Below, one piece after another: positions 36,948-46,050 of a stretch of 64,000 bases of DNA (its first letter is position 1; the number at the start of each line of letters is the position of its first letter). The DNA is from an uncultured Gammaproteobacteria bacterium. Its GTDB lineage: Bacteria; Patescibacteriota; Microgenomatia; Daviesbacterales; UBA10151. Where the stretch lies: the NCBI GenBank assembly GCA_964551605.1, contig CAZKCV010000001.1, positions 136,898-200,897 on the forward strand. The letters run 5' to 3'. The position numbers were made by a program, and so were the translations under genes. The notes under the pieces were generated by a model. That model was given only the letters and a program-made list of their open reading frames with translations. It did not search any database and was not told the DNA's origin.

Positions 36948-39098
36948 ATGGTTAACATTATTCTGGATAGAATCATTCCCTACTCTTTTTATGCCCTCTT
37001 TTTCTTAACTCCCCTGGTTTGGTCATCTGCCAATCATGAGCTTTTTGAATATAACAAAATGATTTTAACTTATGGCCTCACTGTCATTATTGTAGGAGCC
37101 TGGCTACTTAAAGCGATTAACGAAAAACGATTAACGATCAAACGAACTCCCCTAGATATTCCACTTTTATTATTTTTGGGAGCCAATATCCTGTCTACTA
37201 TATTTTCAATTGATCCCCACACTTCTATTTGGGGCTATTATTCCCGTTCAAACGGCGGGCTTTTATCCATCATCTCCTACCTATTATTATATTGGGCGTT
37301 TGTTTCCAATATGGACTTTGAGAGAGTTAAACTTGCCTTAAAATTTGGCCTGACTTCCGGTTTTATTATTTCCCTGTGGGCAATTTTTGAACACTTTGGA
37401 GTTTCTCCGTCCTGTGTAATTTTAAGGGGGGAGTTTAATGCTTCCTGCTGGATACAGGATGTCCAGGCCCGGGTTTTTGCCACTTTAGGCCAACCCAACT
37501 GGCTGGCAGCCTATTTGGCTATGTTAATTTTCCCCACTTTGTATTTTGCTTTAACTGCTTCCCATAAACTATACGCTATACGCTATACGCTTATCGCTAT
37601 TATCTTCTACCTGGCTTTTACCTTTACTTATTCCCGGGGACCCACACTGGGACTGATTGGAGGAATGGCGGTATTTATTATTGGCTACCTCTTCTGGCAT
37701 CCTGAGGGCAAAGCCCGAAGGATCTCTGCTCTACGAAGTACTTATTTTGTAACATTTATTTCAGACCCTCACATTCGTGAGAGATTCTTCACTACGTTCA
37801 GAATGACAAAGCTAGGAGGTATTTTAATCTCTTTCTTAATAATCAACCTCCTCTTTGGCTCAGCCTTAACTTCATTTAGATTAATTTCCAAATTTGCTGC
37901 CCCGGCCAGGCCCGGGATAGCTCTCCCAACCTCAAGCGGCACCCAACTGGAGAACGGCGGTACCGAATCCGGTCAAATCCGATTTATTGTCTGGAAAGGT
38001 GCCCTGGAAATATTTAAACATTACCCGCTTTTCGGCTCAGGAGTGGAAACCTTTGCCTATGCCTATTACCAGTACCGGCCGCCGGAACATAATCTAACCT
38101 CTGAATGGGATTTTCTTTACAACAAAGCGCATAATGAATATCTGAACTACCTGGCTACCACCGGAATTGTCGGCTTTGGGACTTATTTGCTGGTGATTGG
38201 AACATTCATTTATTGGTGTATTAAAAAAATTTCTAAATCCGAATTACTAATTTCTAATCAAATCCCAAATCCTAAACCCCAATTAGGTCAATTAGAAATT
38301 AGATCAATTAGAAATTTAGTTCTTGCACTCCTTGCTGCCTATATCTCCTACTTAATCTATAACTTCTTTCTTTTCTCCGTTGTCATTATTGCCGTCTTTT
38401 TCTATCTACTTCCGGCCCTGGCCTTTGTTGCTGCAAATTCCACTATACCCTATACCCTATACCCTATACCCTACCTCTACCGGAGACCACTATATACCCG
38501 GGTAGCTAAAGGTCTGGTGATTTTTTCCATCATCTATCTTCTATATTCTATATTCCAGCTTTGGTATGCCGATACTTTATTTGCCAAAGGTGAAAAAGCT
38601 ACTGATGCCGGTAGACTGAGTAAAGCCTATGAGTTTTTAACCAGAGCCTCGGATATTAACAGGGCTGAACCGCTTTATCAATCAGAACTGGGTTTTGTAC
38701 AGGCACAGGCAGCTGCGGCTTTAAAAGATACTGATGCTTCCGCATCCGCCGATTTTAAGGACGATGCGGTTTCCCTAACTGAAAATGTCTTAGAAAAAAG
38801 TCCCCAAAATATTTCATTCTACCGGACAGCAGTCAGGACCTATTTTGAGCTTTCCCTGACAGACAATGCCTTCATCGATAAAACCCTGCAAACACTGGAT
38901 CAAAGCATAAAACTGGCTCCCACTGATCCTAAACTTTATTATAATAAAGCCTTAATTCTTGAAAGCATCGGCAAAAAAGAAGAACAAATTAGAGCTTTAG
39001 AAAAAGCCCTACAGTTAAAACCAAATTATCTGGAAGCACTGGCTCTTTTAAAAGAGGCTACCGGATCAGCCCGCCTGCCGGACGGGCAGGCTAAATAA
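36948..39098 (+). CDS. O-antigen ligase family membrane protein with C-terminal TPRs
   Basis: TLGQPNWLA, TYSRG, R..VW, GSGVETF, KAHNEYL; TPR-like tail. Confidence 0.9.
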   Translation: MVNIILDRIIPYSFYALFFLTPLVWSSANHELFEYNKMILTYGLTVIIVGAWLLKAINEKRLTIKRTPLDIPLLLFLGANILSTIFSIDPHTSIWGYYSRSNGGLLSIISYLLLYWAFVSNMDFERVKLALKFGLTSGFIISLWAIFEHFGVSPSCVILRGEFNASCWIQDVQARVFATLGQPNWLAAYLAMLIFPTLYFALTASHKLYAIRYTLIAIIFYLAFTFTYSRGPTLGLIGGMAVFIIGYLFWHPEGKARRISALRSTYFVTFISDPHIRERFFTTFRMTKLGGILISFLIINLLFGSALTSFRLISKFAAPARPGIALPTSSGTQLENGGTESGQIRFIVWKGALEIFKHYPLFGSGVETFAYAYYQYRPPEHNLTSEWDFLYNKAHNEYLNYLATTGIVGFGTYLLVIGTFIYWCIKKISKSELLISNQIPNPKPQLGQLEIRSIRNLVLALLAAYISYLIYNFFLFSVVIIAVFFYLLPALAFVAANSTIPYTLYPIPYLYRRPLYTRVAKGLVIFSIIYLLYSIFQLWYADTLFAKGEKATDAGRLSKAYEFLTRASDINRAEPLYQSELGFVQAQAAAALKDTDASASADFKDDAVSLTENVLEKSPQNISFYRTAVRTYFELSLTDNAFIDKTLQTLDQSIKLAPTDPKLYYNKALILESIGKKEEQIRALEKALQLKPNYLEALALLKEATGSARLPDGQAK
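37569..37589. repeat. (CTATACG)3 in the O-antigen ligase gene
   Basis: Perfect 21-nt tandem encoding LYAIRYT. Confidence 0.85.
37696..37807. repeat. GTCATYCTGAG-family palindromic dimer, in frame in the O-antigen ligase gene
   Basis: GGCATCCTGAGGGCAAAGCCCGAAGGATCTC...GAGATTCTTCACTACGTTCAGAATGAC; encodes HPEGKARRIS...RFFTTFRMT. Confidence 0.85.
38228..38317. repeat. Inverted AATTTCT/AAATCCC heptamer array in the O-antigen ligase gene
   Basis: AATTTCT AAATCCG AATTACT AATTTCT..AAATCCC AAATCCT AAACCCC..ATTAGAA repeats; encodes ISKSELLISNQIPNPKPQLGQLEIRSIRN. Confidence 0.85.
38443..38470. repeat. (CTATACC)4 in the O-antigen ligase gene
   Basis: Perfect tandem encoding IPYTLYPIP. Confidence 0.9.
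39069..39091. repeat. GCCCGCCTGCC-family palindrome at the ligase C-terminus
   Basis: GCCTGCC-GGACG-GGCAGGC; encodes ARLPDGQA; same head occurs twice at 53400..53472. Confidence 0.75.
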
Positions 39099-39358
39099 TG
39101 AAACGCCTTGCCAAAGCTATAGCTGAAATTAAATTTAAGGATAGGCCTAAAAATATCTCAACTGAGTTTCAAATGTACGGCGTTTACCTGGCAGAAAGTT
39201 TGCAGGATACCAAACATTATTCACTGTATATCAAACTGGCCAAAGAGGTGGACCGCAGAATCCTGGAAGAAACCTTAAATTTCACCAAAGGCTATTACGG
39301 AGCAAAATCGAAAGCAAAAATCTTTATGTGGAGATTGCAACAATTGAAGCAAGAGTGA
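39098..39358 (+). CDS. Hypothetical small basic protein
   Basis: 86 aa, coupled to the upstream stop (TAATG). Confidence 0.75.
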   Translation: MKRLAKAIAEIKFKDRPKNISTEFQMYGVYLAESLQDTKHYSLYIKLAKEVDRRILEETLNFTKGYYGAKSKAKIFMWRLQQLKQE

Positions 39359-39361
39359 AAA

Positions 39362-39667
39362 TTACACTAGTGTCATTATTTGCTTACCGGGTAAGCGGAA
39401 CATAGGGATAGCGGCATTTTCACATTGCCGACGTACTTCTTCCAAGTCATCAGTCATGGATGTTATCATTTTAAGAAAAAGTGGCTTACTAACTTTAGAT
39501 CTTGTCCTGGTGTAGAAATTCGGATCTAGGACCAATCGCACTGACTGATAACTCACTCCGGCACGCTTTGCTAGCTGGGCTATATTTACCCCCTTTTTTT
39601 CCATAAAAGCAGCAAATCCGGCCGCTAATTCTGGAGTCCTGGGAACATAATATTCTTTGTAGCTCAT
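39362..39667 (-). CDS. HTH-domain protein
   Basis: NIAQLAKRAGVSYQSV helix-turn-helix; TATAAT 6 nt before ATG. Confidence 0.7.
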   Translation of the reverse strand: MSYKEYYVPRTPELAAGFAAFMEKKGVNIAQLAKRAGVSYQSVRLVLDPNFYTRTRSKVSKPLFLKMITSMTDDLEEVRRQCENAAIPMFRLPGKQIMTLV

Positions 39668-39703
39668 TTTTAAATTATAACAAATAAATGTTACAATTCC
39701 CTC

Positions 39704-40222
39704 ATGATATCTTTAGTTAAAGCGCCTGATCCCAGGTTAAGAGTTCAAACTAAACCGGTGAAAAAGATTAACCCGGCCCTAAAAAATACCCTAAAAGAAA
39801 TGGTTAAATTAACCAAAACTTTCAAAGACCCTGAGGGCGTAGGCTTAGCTTCCACCCAGGTAGGATTGGACGGCAGCTTCTTTGTAGCTAAAGACACCAA
39901 AAAGTTTCTTTCTGTTATCAATCCCAAAATAATTTCTGCCGGCAAAAGAACAAAGCAGTACTTTGAAGGCTGTTTGTCTGTCCCAAATATGTGGGGGGAG
40001 GTCAGAAGAGCCACTAATATTAAAGTTACTTACCAAAATGGGGAAGGAAAAACCGTTACTGTACCATTAAAAGGAGTTCTCGCTTGGATCTTCCAACATG
40101 AAATAGATCACCTAAACGGAACCTTATTTTCAGACCGGGTGCTGGAGCAAAAAGGGAAGTTCTATAAATTCACCGGCAAAGATAAAACCGGCACGGACAC
40201 GTTTCAGGAGGTGACAATATAG
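39704..40222 (+). CDS. def: Peptide deformylase
   Basis: GVGLASTQVG, EGCLS, QHEIDHLNG. Confidence 0.97.
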   Translation: MISLVKAPDPRLRVQTKPVKKINPALKNTLKEMVKLTKTFKDPEGVGLASTQVGLDGSFFVAKDTKKFLSVINPKIISAGKRTKQYFEGCLSVPNMWGEVRRATNIKVTYQNGEGKTVTVPLKGVLAWIFQHEIDHLNGTLFSDRVLEQKGKFYKFTGKDKTGTDTFQEVTI

Positions 40223-40223
40223 C

Positions 40224-40317
40224 GTCATTGCGAGGAACGAAGTGACGAAGCAATCTTGGTAGTGATTAAACATTAACTAGATTGCTTCCCCCGGATCAAG
40301 TCCGGGGTCGCAATGAC
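40224..40317. repeat. GTCATTGCGA palindromic dimer, intergenic (def-fmt)
   Basis: 94 nt; right arm identical to that of the dnaX copy. Confidence 0.92.
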
Positions 40318-40337
40318 GAAATAAAAAAATGACAATA

Positions 40338-41045
40338 ATGAAAATTATCTTCTTGGGTACTCCGGATTTTGTTCAACCTATTAAAGATACCCTGGCCAAA
40401 CATTACACTTTAGTAGATTCATTAAATGAAGCCGATTTGGCAGTTGTGGCAGCTTTTGGAAAAATTCTCACCTCCGAAGAGCTTAATGCCCCAAAATATG
40501 GATCTGTTAATGTCCATCCGTCACTCCTGCCCAAATACAGGGGTCCGTCTCCCATCCAGGCAGCCATATTAAACGGGGATAAAACCTCCGGCATTAGCAT
40601 AATTAAAATGGACGAGGAAATGGACCATGGGCCAATAATATACCAAGAAGAAATAGAGCTTTCAGATAAGGATACTTTTGACAGTTTGAGTAAAAAAATG
40701 TTTCAGCGTGCAGCAGAGGTTTTACCGAAAGTTTTAGAAGATTTTATACAAAGAAAAATCCAACCCCGGTTACAGAGACACGCTATAGCGACTTATTGTA
40801 ACCTGCTTACCAAAAACAGTGGTTATTTTGATATTAACCAGCCGCCGTCACCAAAACATCTGGACCGCATGATCAGAGCTTATTACCCCTGGCCCGGTGT
40901 CTGGACTAGATGGAAGAGTAAAATTGTCAAGCTACACCCCAAGGGTGCAATCGGAGAAAGGTTAATCCAATTGGAAGGCAAAAAAGCTATACCCTTAAAA
41001 GATTTCCTAAATGGCTACCCTGATTTTCCAATCAAAACTCTCTAG
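40338..41045 (+). CDS. fmt: Methionyl-tRNA formyltransferase (shortened)
   Basis: MKIIFLGTPDF, NVHPSLLPKYRGPSPIQ, MDHGPI, IRAYYPWP; follows def. Confidence 0.93.
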   Translation: MKIIFLGTPDFVQPIKDTLAKHYTLVDSLNEADLAVVAAFGKILTSEELNAPKYGSVNVHPSLLPKYRGPSPIQAAILNGDKTSGISIIKMDEEMDHGPIIYQEEIELSDKDTFDSLSKKMFQRAAEVLPKVLEDFIQRKIQPRLQRHAIATYCNLLTKNSGYFDINQPPSPKHLDRMIRAYYPWPGVWTRWKSKIVKLHPKGAIGERLIQLEGKKAIPLKDFLNGYPDFPIKTL

Positions 41046-41083
41046 AAGATTTTTTGTATAATTATTGGTTAATAAATATAAAT

Positions 41084-41479
41084 ATGTCACAGATTGAGCG
41101 ATCCACACCCGAATGGTTACAAGCAGTGAGCAGGGTCCGTCGTCAGATAGAGACTTTAACTGTCAACCTGGAAACAGGTCGGGGCGAACTACCGGAGCAT
41201 TGCTTTGCTTTTGCATATGACAAGGAGACAGGGGAAGGATTTGGTGCTTTAATACAGCGCGACTTTGAGTATATTGATGTACGCCATTTGCCAAAAGCTC
41301 CCCCGGAAGTTGTTGTCGATATCTTAATGAAAGTCTTCCCTATAGTGCCTCTTGTCTGTAACCGGCAAATCGCAGAACAACTATCTAAAAACCCCCGATC
41401 TGTCGAATGGCTAAGGGAAGATAATGGCCGGTTAATCAGTAGATCTGAGGGGACAATGATTGTTTACACTCCTCTATAG
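41084..41479 (+). CDS. Hypothetical protein
   Basis: ORF from MSQIER, downstream of TGTATAAT. Confidence 0.6.
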   Translation: MSQIERSTPEWLQAVSRVRRQIETLTVNLETGRGELPEHCFAFAYDKETGEGFGALIQRDFEYIDVRHLPKAPPEVVVDILMKVFPIVPLVCNRQIAEQLSKNPRSVEWLREDNGRLISRSEGTMIVYTPL

Positions 41480-41528
41480 TCCCATAGTTTGATTATTGAT
41501 CCTTTTTATATTATAATGTCAGATATAT

Positions 41529-42254
41529 ATGTTTCTGGAAAAATATCTACAGAACCCAAAACTGAGGGAACTCGTGGAAGAACGGGGCTATCAATCAGAT
41601 TTACCCTTAAACATACAGTTTTTACAAAAGGTTGGGCTCATAGAAGCGACCGGAATTATCCAACCAGGCACAAGAATCCTGGAAATCGGTTGCGGCGCAG
41701 GAGCCATGGCTGCGGAATTAACCCGCCGTGGTGGAACTGTAGCTGCACTTGAGTTAAACCTGGATGAACTTAAGAAGGGACGGGCGCGCTACCCGGAGGT
41801 AAATTTTGTCAACGCAGACGCACACACTATCCCATTTCCCGATAGCTTTTTTGACTGGATTGTCAGCTTTGATGCTATGGAACATTTGATTAACCTGCCA
41901 GGATATCTTACTGAAGCCCGGAGGGTGCTTGTTCCGAATGGATTAACAGCGTTTGGAATTCCCAACAAACCGGTTTCACGATTATGGGAATGGGCTAAAG
42001 GCAATTCATTTAAGCTCCAACAGACTTATCACCCCAGTGTGCAAACATACCGGGGTTTACAAAAGCTTTTCAGGGAAGCCGGCTTTGCTAAACCGCAATT
42101 TTTCAAAATGCCCTTCATGGATAGCAAAACATTAGATGAGATACAGATAACCGCCCTCGCCCCTGCCACCGGATTATTACAGCTTATACCCTGGAATCAT
42201 TGGCCGCAACCTCTTTATCCGATGTTTCATGCCGTGGCTCAAAAATCGGATTAA
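41529..42254 (+). CDS. Class I SAM-dependent methyltransferase
   Basis: ILEIGCGAG, ADA..IPFPD..FD, EH, RVLVPNG. Confidence 0.9.
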   Translation: MFLEKYLQNPKLRELVEERGYQSDLPLNIQFLQKVGLIEATGIIQPGTRILEIGCGAGAMAAELTRRGGTVAALELNLDELKKGRARYPEVNFVNADAHTIPFPDSFFDWIVSFDAMEHLINLPGYLTEARRVLVPNGLTAFGIPNKPVSRLWEWAKGNSFKLQQTYHPSVQTYRGLQKLFREAGFAKPQFFKMPFMDSKTLDEIQITALAPATGLLQLIPWNHWPQPLYPMFHAVAQKSD

Positions 42255-42444
42255 GTTTTTTAACTATTCTCAAACATGAAGTACAGTATTTTTGGCCCTT
42301 AAACCTGTGAAGATTTGGCCGTTGTATCCTTTTATGAATCGGAGCGCGCAAAGCCCAGGTTCCGCCGGCTCCGGAAGAACCTTTCTTATGCCTGGAGAAA
42401 GCCACTGTATTCTTACCTTTTCCACACCGAAAACAAACTAACAT
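42184..42444 (-). CDS. rpmB: 50S ribosomal protein L28 (zinc-type, extended C-terminus)
   Basis: CFRCGKG...R.Q.PNL...CTSCLR. Confidence 0.82.
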   Translation of the reverse strand: MLVCFRCGKGKNTVAFSRHKKGSSGAGGTWALRAPIHKRIQRPNLHRFKGQKYCTSCLRIVKKLNPIFEPRHETSDKEVAANDSRV

Positions 42445-42462
42445 GTGGTACACTATAACATA

Positions 42463-43107
42463 ATGGACCCGCAGTTACTAGTTGCCCTATCCCAAGCCGT
42501 CCCGTTAATTGTGCTTCTGTTTTCAGTCATACTTCACGAGGTAATGCATGGCTTTGTGGCCAAAAAATTCGGGGACAATACTGCCGAGCGGGCCGGCAGG
42601 CTAACCTTAAACCCTATCCCCCACATTGACCCGGTCGGCACCATACTCTTACCTCTTGCTTCCCTATATCTGGGAGGGATTCTCTTTGGTTGGGCAAAAC
42701 CAGTGCCGGTAAACCCGTTAAACTTTTCTAATTTAAGAAAGGGGGAGCTGATGGTTTCAGCAGCCGGCATACTGGCTAATTTTGGCCTGGCAGTGGCGGC
42801 AGCTTTAGTTTTTCGCCTACTGGACGGGCTGCCGCAGACATTCCCGGCTCTTTTAGGCGGCATCCTTAGTTTCACGGTATTGATTAACCTGGTCCTGGGG
42901 ATTTTTAATCTGCTGCCAATCCCGCCGCTTGACGGATCAAAAATATTGCTCTCCCAGTTGCCTTCTAAATTGGCAGCCGAGTACCAGAAAATAGAATCCT
43001 ACGGATTCATCATTTTATTATTACTACTTTTTACGGGCATGCTGGGGTTTGTTTTTAATATCGCCAGACTTTTGACCGCTGTTTTACTCGGTACCGGAGG
43101 TTTCTAA
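42463..43107 (+). CDS. Site-2 protease (M50) family protein
   Basis: HEVMH, GRLTLNP..HID..G, GWAKPVP, NLLPIPPLDG. Confidence 0.93.
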   Translation: MDPQLLVALSQAVPLIVLLFSVILHEVMHGFVAKKFGDNTAERAGRLTLNPIPHIDPVGTILLPLASLYLGGILFGWAKPVPVNPLNFSNLRKGELMVSAAGILANFGLAVAAALVFRLLDGLPQTFPALLGGILSFTVLINLVLGIFNLLPIPPLDGSKILLSQLPSKLAAEYQKIESYGFIILLLLLFTGMLGFVFNIARLLTAVLLGTGGF

Positions 43108-44282
43108 TCCCGGAAAAAATTTCTGATTTGGACTACAAAAATCAAAGTCAAAAGAATTAATACTGCGGAAACAGTAAAGGGTGAGTGAAAATCAAAGTTA
43201 GCAAACAGCCAGCCGCCCAGGATCGGCCCAAAGATCCGGCCTAAGGATTCAAAGGAAGCAAAAATTCCCATGGTAGTCCCCTGTCCCTCCCTGGTTTTTT
43301 TGGAAACCAAGGTAGCCACTGTCGGCCGCGTGATGGATGAACCCACAGTCATCAGCACCATAAAGAGAAGCAGGAAAATACCGTCTTTGGCAAAAGGCAC
43401 CAAAAACAGCCCCACAGCCATCAGCGTCAGGCCCAATACTACCGCCTTGTGTTCACCGATTATTTTCGTCACCCTAAATACTATCAGAGCCTGCATGAAC
43501 ATGGCCAAAAACCCCTGGATGGAGAAAAAATAACCGATATTGGAAACTGATAAATTAAGTTTCTCCAAACCAAAAAGCGGCACTGCCACTTCATTATTAG
43601 TTAGGGCAAAAGACCACAAAAATGTCAGGATAAAAAATGACCCCAGCTCCCCTTTTAAGCCGGAATACATATGTTTTACATTAAAAAGGCCTTCTTTAAG
43701 GGTGAGGATTTCCGCTTTCTTGCTTAAAGATTCAGGCAGGAATTTAAGTACTAACAGAAAATTAATCAGGGCTAAAATGCCGGCTGCAAAAAAAGGGAAG
43801 GATAAATTTATGGAAGACAACACCCCGCCAATTCCGGGACCAAAGATAAAACCGGCTGAAAAAGAGGCTCCCAAATTACCCATGCCTTTAATCCGCTCCT
43901 CCGGAGTAGTCACATCAGAAACATAGGCATGGACAGAAGAAATAGCTGCAGCAGAAAAAATTCCCTGCAAAATCCTGGCTGCAAACAGCCAGAACAAGCT
44001 GTTGGCTAACCCGAACAGCACAAACGAAACACCTAGGCCTAAAAGCGAAATCACAATAATCGGCTTTCGGCCGTACCGATCGGATAGCCTGCCCCAAAGC
44101 GGTGCTAAGAAGAATTGGGCTATGGCATAACTGCCTGCCAAAAGACCCACCGTCCACTCTGTAGCATTAAAATGCCGGGCATAGAAAGGCAGCAGGGGAA
44201 AAATCATCCCAAAGCCAACTATGGTAATAAAAACCGTAGCATAGAGAAAGACAAGTGGCGGCTGTTTTCTAATTTTATCCAT
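43104..44282 (-). CDS. MFS transporter (TetA/DHA1-like)
   Basis: GRLSDRYGRKP motif A; about 12 TM helices. Confidence 0.93.
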   Translation of the reverse strand: MDKIRKQPPLVFLYATVFITIVGFGMIFPLLPFYARHFNATEWTVGLLAGSYAIAQFFLAPLWGRLSDRYGRKPIIVISLLGLGVSFVLFGLANSLFWLFAARILQGIFSAAAISSVHAYVSDVTTPEERIKGMGNLGASFSAGFIFGPGIGGVLSSINLSFPFFAAGILALINFLLVLKFLPESLSKKAEILTLKEGLFNVKHMYSGLKGELGSFFILTFLWSFALTNNEVAVPLFGLEKLNLSVSNIGYFFSIQGFLAMFMQALIVFRVTKIIGEHKAVVLGLTLMAVGLFLVPFAKDGIFLLLFMVLMTVGSSITRPTVATLVSKKTREGQGTTMGIFASFESLGRIFGPILGGWLFANFDFHSPFTVSAVLILLTLIFVVQIRNFFRD

Positions 44283-44374
44283 CCGGATAGTATAACTTAA
44301 AATTGCTTACGATTGACAACCAAAAGATTAATTGCTACCCTACTAGATCAGGAGGCTGCTTACTCTTAAAATTA

Positions 44375-44992
44375 ATGAGTGAGAGAGATAAAAGTAATCT
44401 TTTAGAAATCAGGCGCCTTGTAGCAACAGGTATTTTTGATAATACCATCCTCAAACGGGCCGAAAATATTGTTGCAAAACGCAAAGATGATGGCTTAGGC
44501 TACCGGGAGCTTCAAACTGAACTTACCCTGCGCAGTCTCTCGCTTTACAGCTCTAGAGCCTTGTCTAGAAGAAATGGCGGTCTGGAATTTTTTCTGGCTG
44601 ATTGCCTGCCACCACGCAGCAACCTTAAATTAATTACCAATGGCACCTCTGTTGAGGAATTTTTTGCAACTGCTGTGACCGGGACTCTGGAAAGACTCTG
44701 GGAGGCGGCAAGGGAGAAATTCGACGGCGCTGACAATAAAAAAATAGGGTGGATAGTAGATGAGCAGTGGTGGGGAGTTACGGACAAAACGAGTGGTTAT
44801 TCAGCCAAGGAGTGGCAGATTATGACCAGGTGCGCTACGCTTCAGCGAAATAAAGGCAACCTGGGGACTGTAATCAAAACCATCTGTTACTGTTTTGCCA
44901 CACCCGCCCCTGAAAGGTATCAGGATGCACCAATATGGATTCCTAAGCCGAAACAAAGGAAAGGTCACCACCGCAAGAGATACCTGCCATAA
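44375..44992 (+). CDS. Hypothetical protein
   Basis: ORF from MSERDK; no recognised motif. Confidence 0.6.
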   Translation: MSERDKSNLLEIRRLVATGIFDNTILKRAENIVAKRKDDGLGYRELQTELTLRSLSLYSSRALSRRNGGLEFFLADCLPPRSNLKLITNGTSVEEFFATAVTGTLERLWEAAREKFDGADNKKIGWIVDEQWWGVTDKTSGYSAKEWQIMTRCATLQRNKGNLGTVIKTICYCFATPAPERYQDAPIWIPKPKQRKGHHRKRYLP

Positions 44993-45000
44993 GGAAAAGT

Positions 45001-45984
45001 ATGGAAAGATCTATCGAAGGATACCATAGAAAATGTGTCCCGCTAAACAAAGGGGGACTTTTTGCAGAAAATCCCTTAACGCCGGCCGAGCAAGACATAC
45101 TGCGCCTGCGCCGGGATGGTGCTAACACTGACAAGGCTATCGCGGAAGAACGCAATTGTTCTCTTTCAACTGTAAAAGGAATTCTTACCAATATTAGAGA
45201 AAAACTGCGTGAAGACGGATTTATAATTCGCAACACTGCTGATGTTGTTTGTATTGCTACCTCAAAAGGTTGGATCTCTCCTGACACAGGCTTGACAGCA
45301 AGAGAAGAAACCTATAAAATCCGTCCCATGACAGAAAATGAGCCTGCTTCATTAATACAGATTAGTGCACAGATTGAAAAAAGAACCAGCTGGCTTGAAC
45401 AGAGACAAAGTATGGTTAACAAACCAGGCGGCCCATATTGGCCGGAACACTTGCGGATTGGGGTTTTGCAGCAAATCCCAGATGCTGATTATTTGGATAA
45501 AGCGGTAGAGTTTGGGCACAGGTTAGAGAGGGCAAGAGATATTATGGTTACAACCACTATTCCCCGCTTAGAAACAAGGATCAAAGAACTTGCCTGTCAA
45601 CGCGCGGTTCTGGCAGAGTCCAGATTGGCGGCGGTAGAAGAGTTCGCTGACGTGTTAGGGAAAGACGCTTTAGATCGGGCCAAAGGAGTAGTTGAAAAAT
45701 GGCGACAGGAGTGTGGTTTAGTCAGTTTACCGCCGCAAACAGTGGAAGAAACTGGAGAAAGTAGCCCTAAACAACATTACACTACCGAGGATGTTGCTGC
45801 GGCAAAGGGGGTTGATCCGAATGATAAACGGGCATTCAATGGTCTTCAAGTCAAGATTTCCGTTCTTTTAAGAACACACCAGATCGCTCCTGAGCGCGGC
45901 AAGCGAAACCGAATCCTTTTTAATCCTGAGCAATTTCAGGAGATGGTAGAACTACTCTCAGGCCGCCCAGCTTCAACAACTTGA
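45001..45984 (+). CDS. Protein with N-terminal LuxR-type HTH and possible C-terminal MerR-like HTH
   Basis: LTPAEQDIL...G.T.K.IA..R..S..TVK..L.NI..KL; YTTEDVAA near the C-terminus. Confidence 0.7.
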   Translation: MERSIEGYHRKCVPLNKGGLFAENPLTPAEQDILRLRRDGANTDKAIAEERNCSLSTVKGILTNIREKLREDGFIIRNTADVVCIATSKGWISPDTGLTAREETYKIRPMTENEPASLIQISAQIEKRTSWLEQRQSMVNKPGGPYWPEHLRIGVLQQIPDADYLDKAVEFGHRLERARDIMVTTTIPRLETRIKELACQRAVLAESRLAAVEEFADVLGKDALDRAKGVVEKWRQECGLVSLPPQTVEETGESSPKQHYTTEDVAAAKGVDPNDKRAFNGLQVKISVLLRTHQIAPERGKRNRILFNPEQFQEMVELLSGRPASTT

Positions 45985-46010
45985 CAAACTTTTAAGTTTA
46001 GTACTACAAT
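45981..46010 (+). promoter_or_regulatory. Sigma70-type promoter upstream of the candidate ncRNA
   Basis: TTGACA-18 nt-TACAAT. Confidence 0.65.
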
Positions 46011-46050
46011 TAAACTATCCTAAAGGACATTTGTAGATGGCCTAAAGGTG

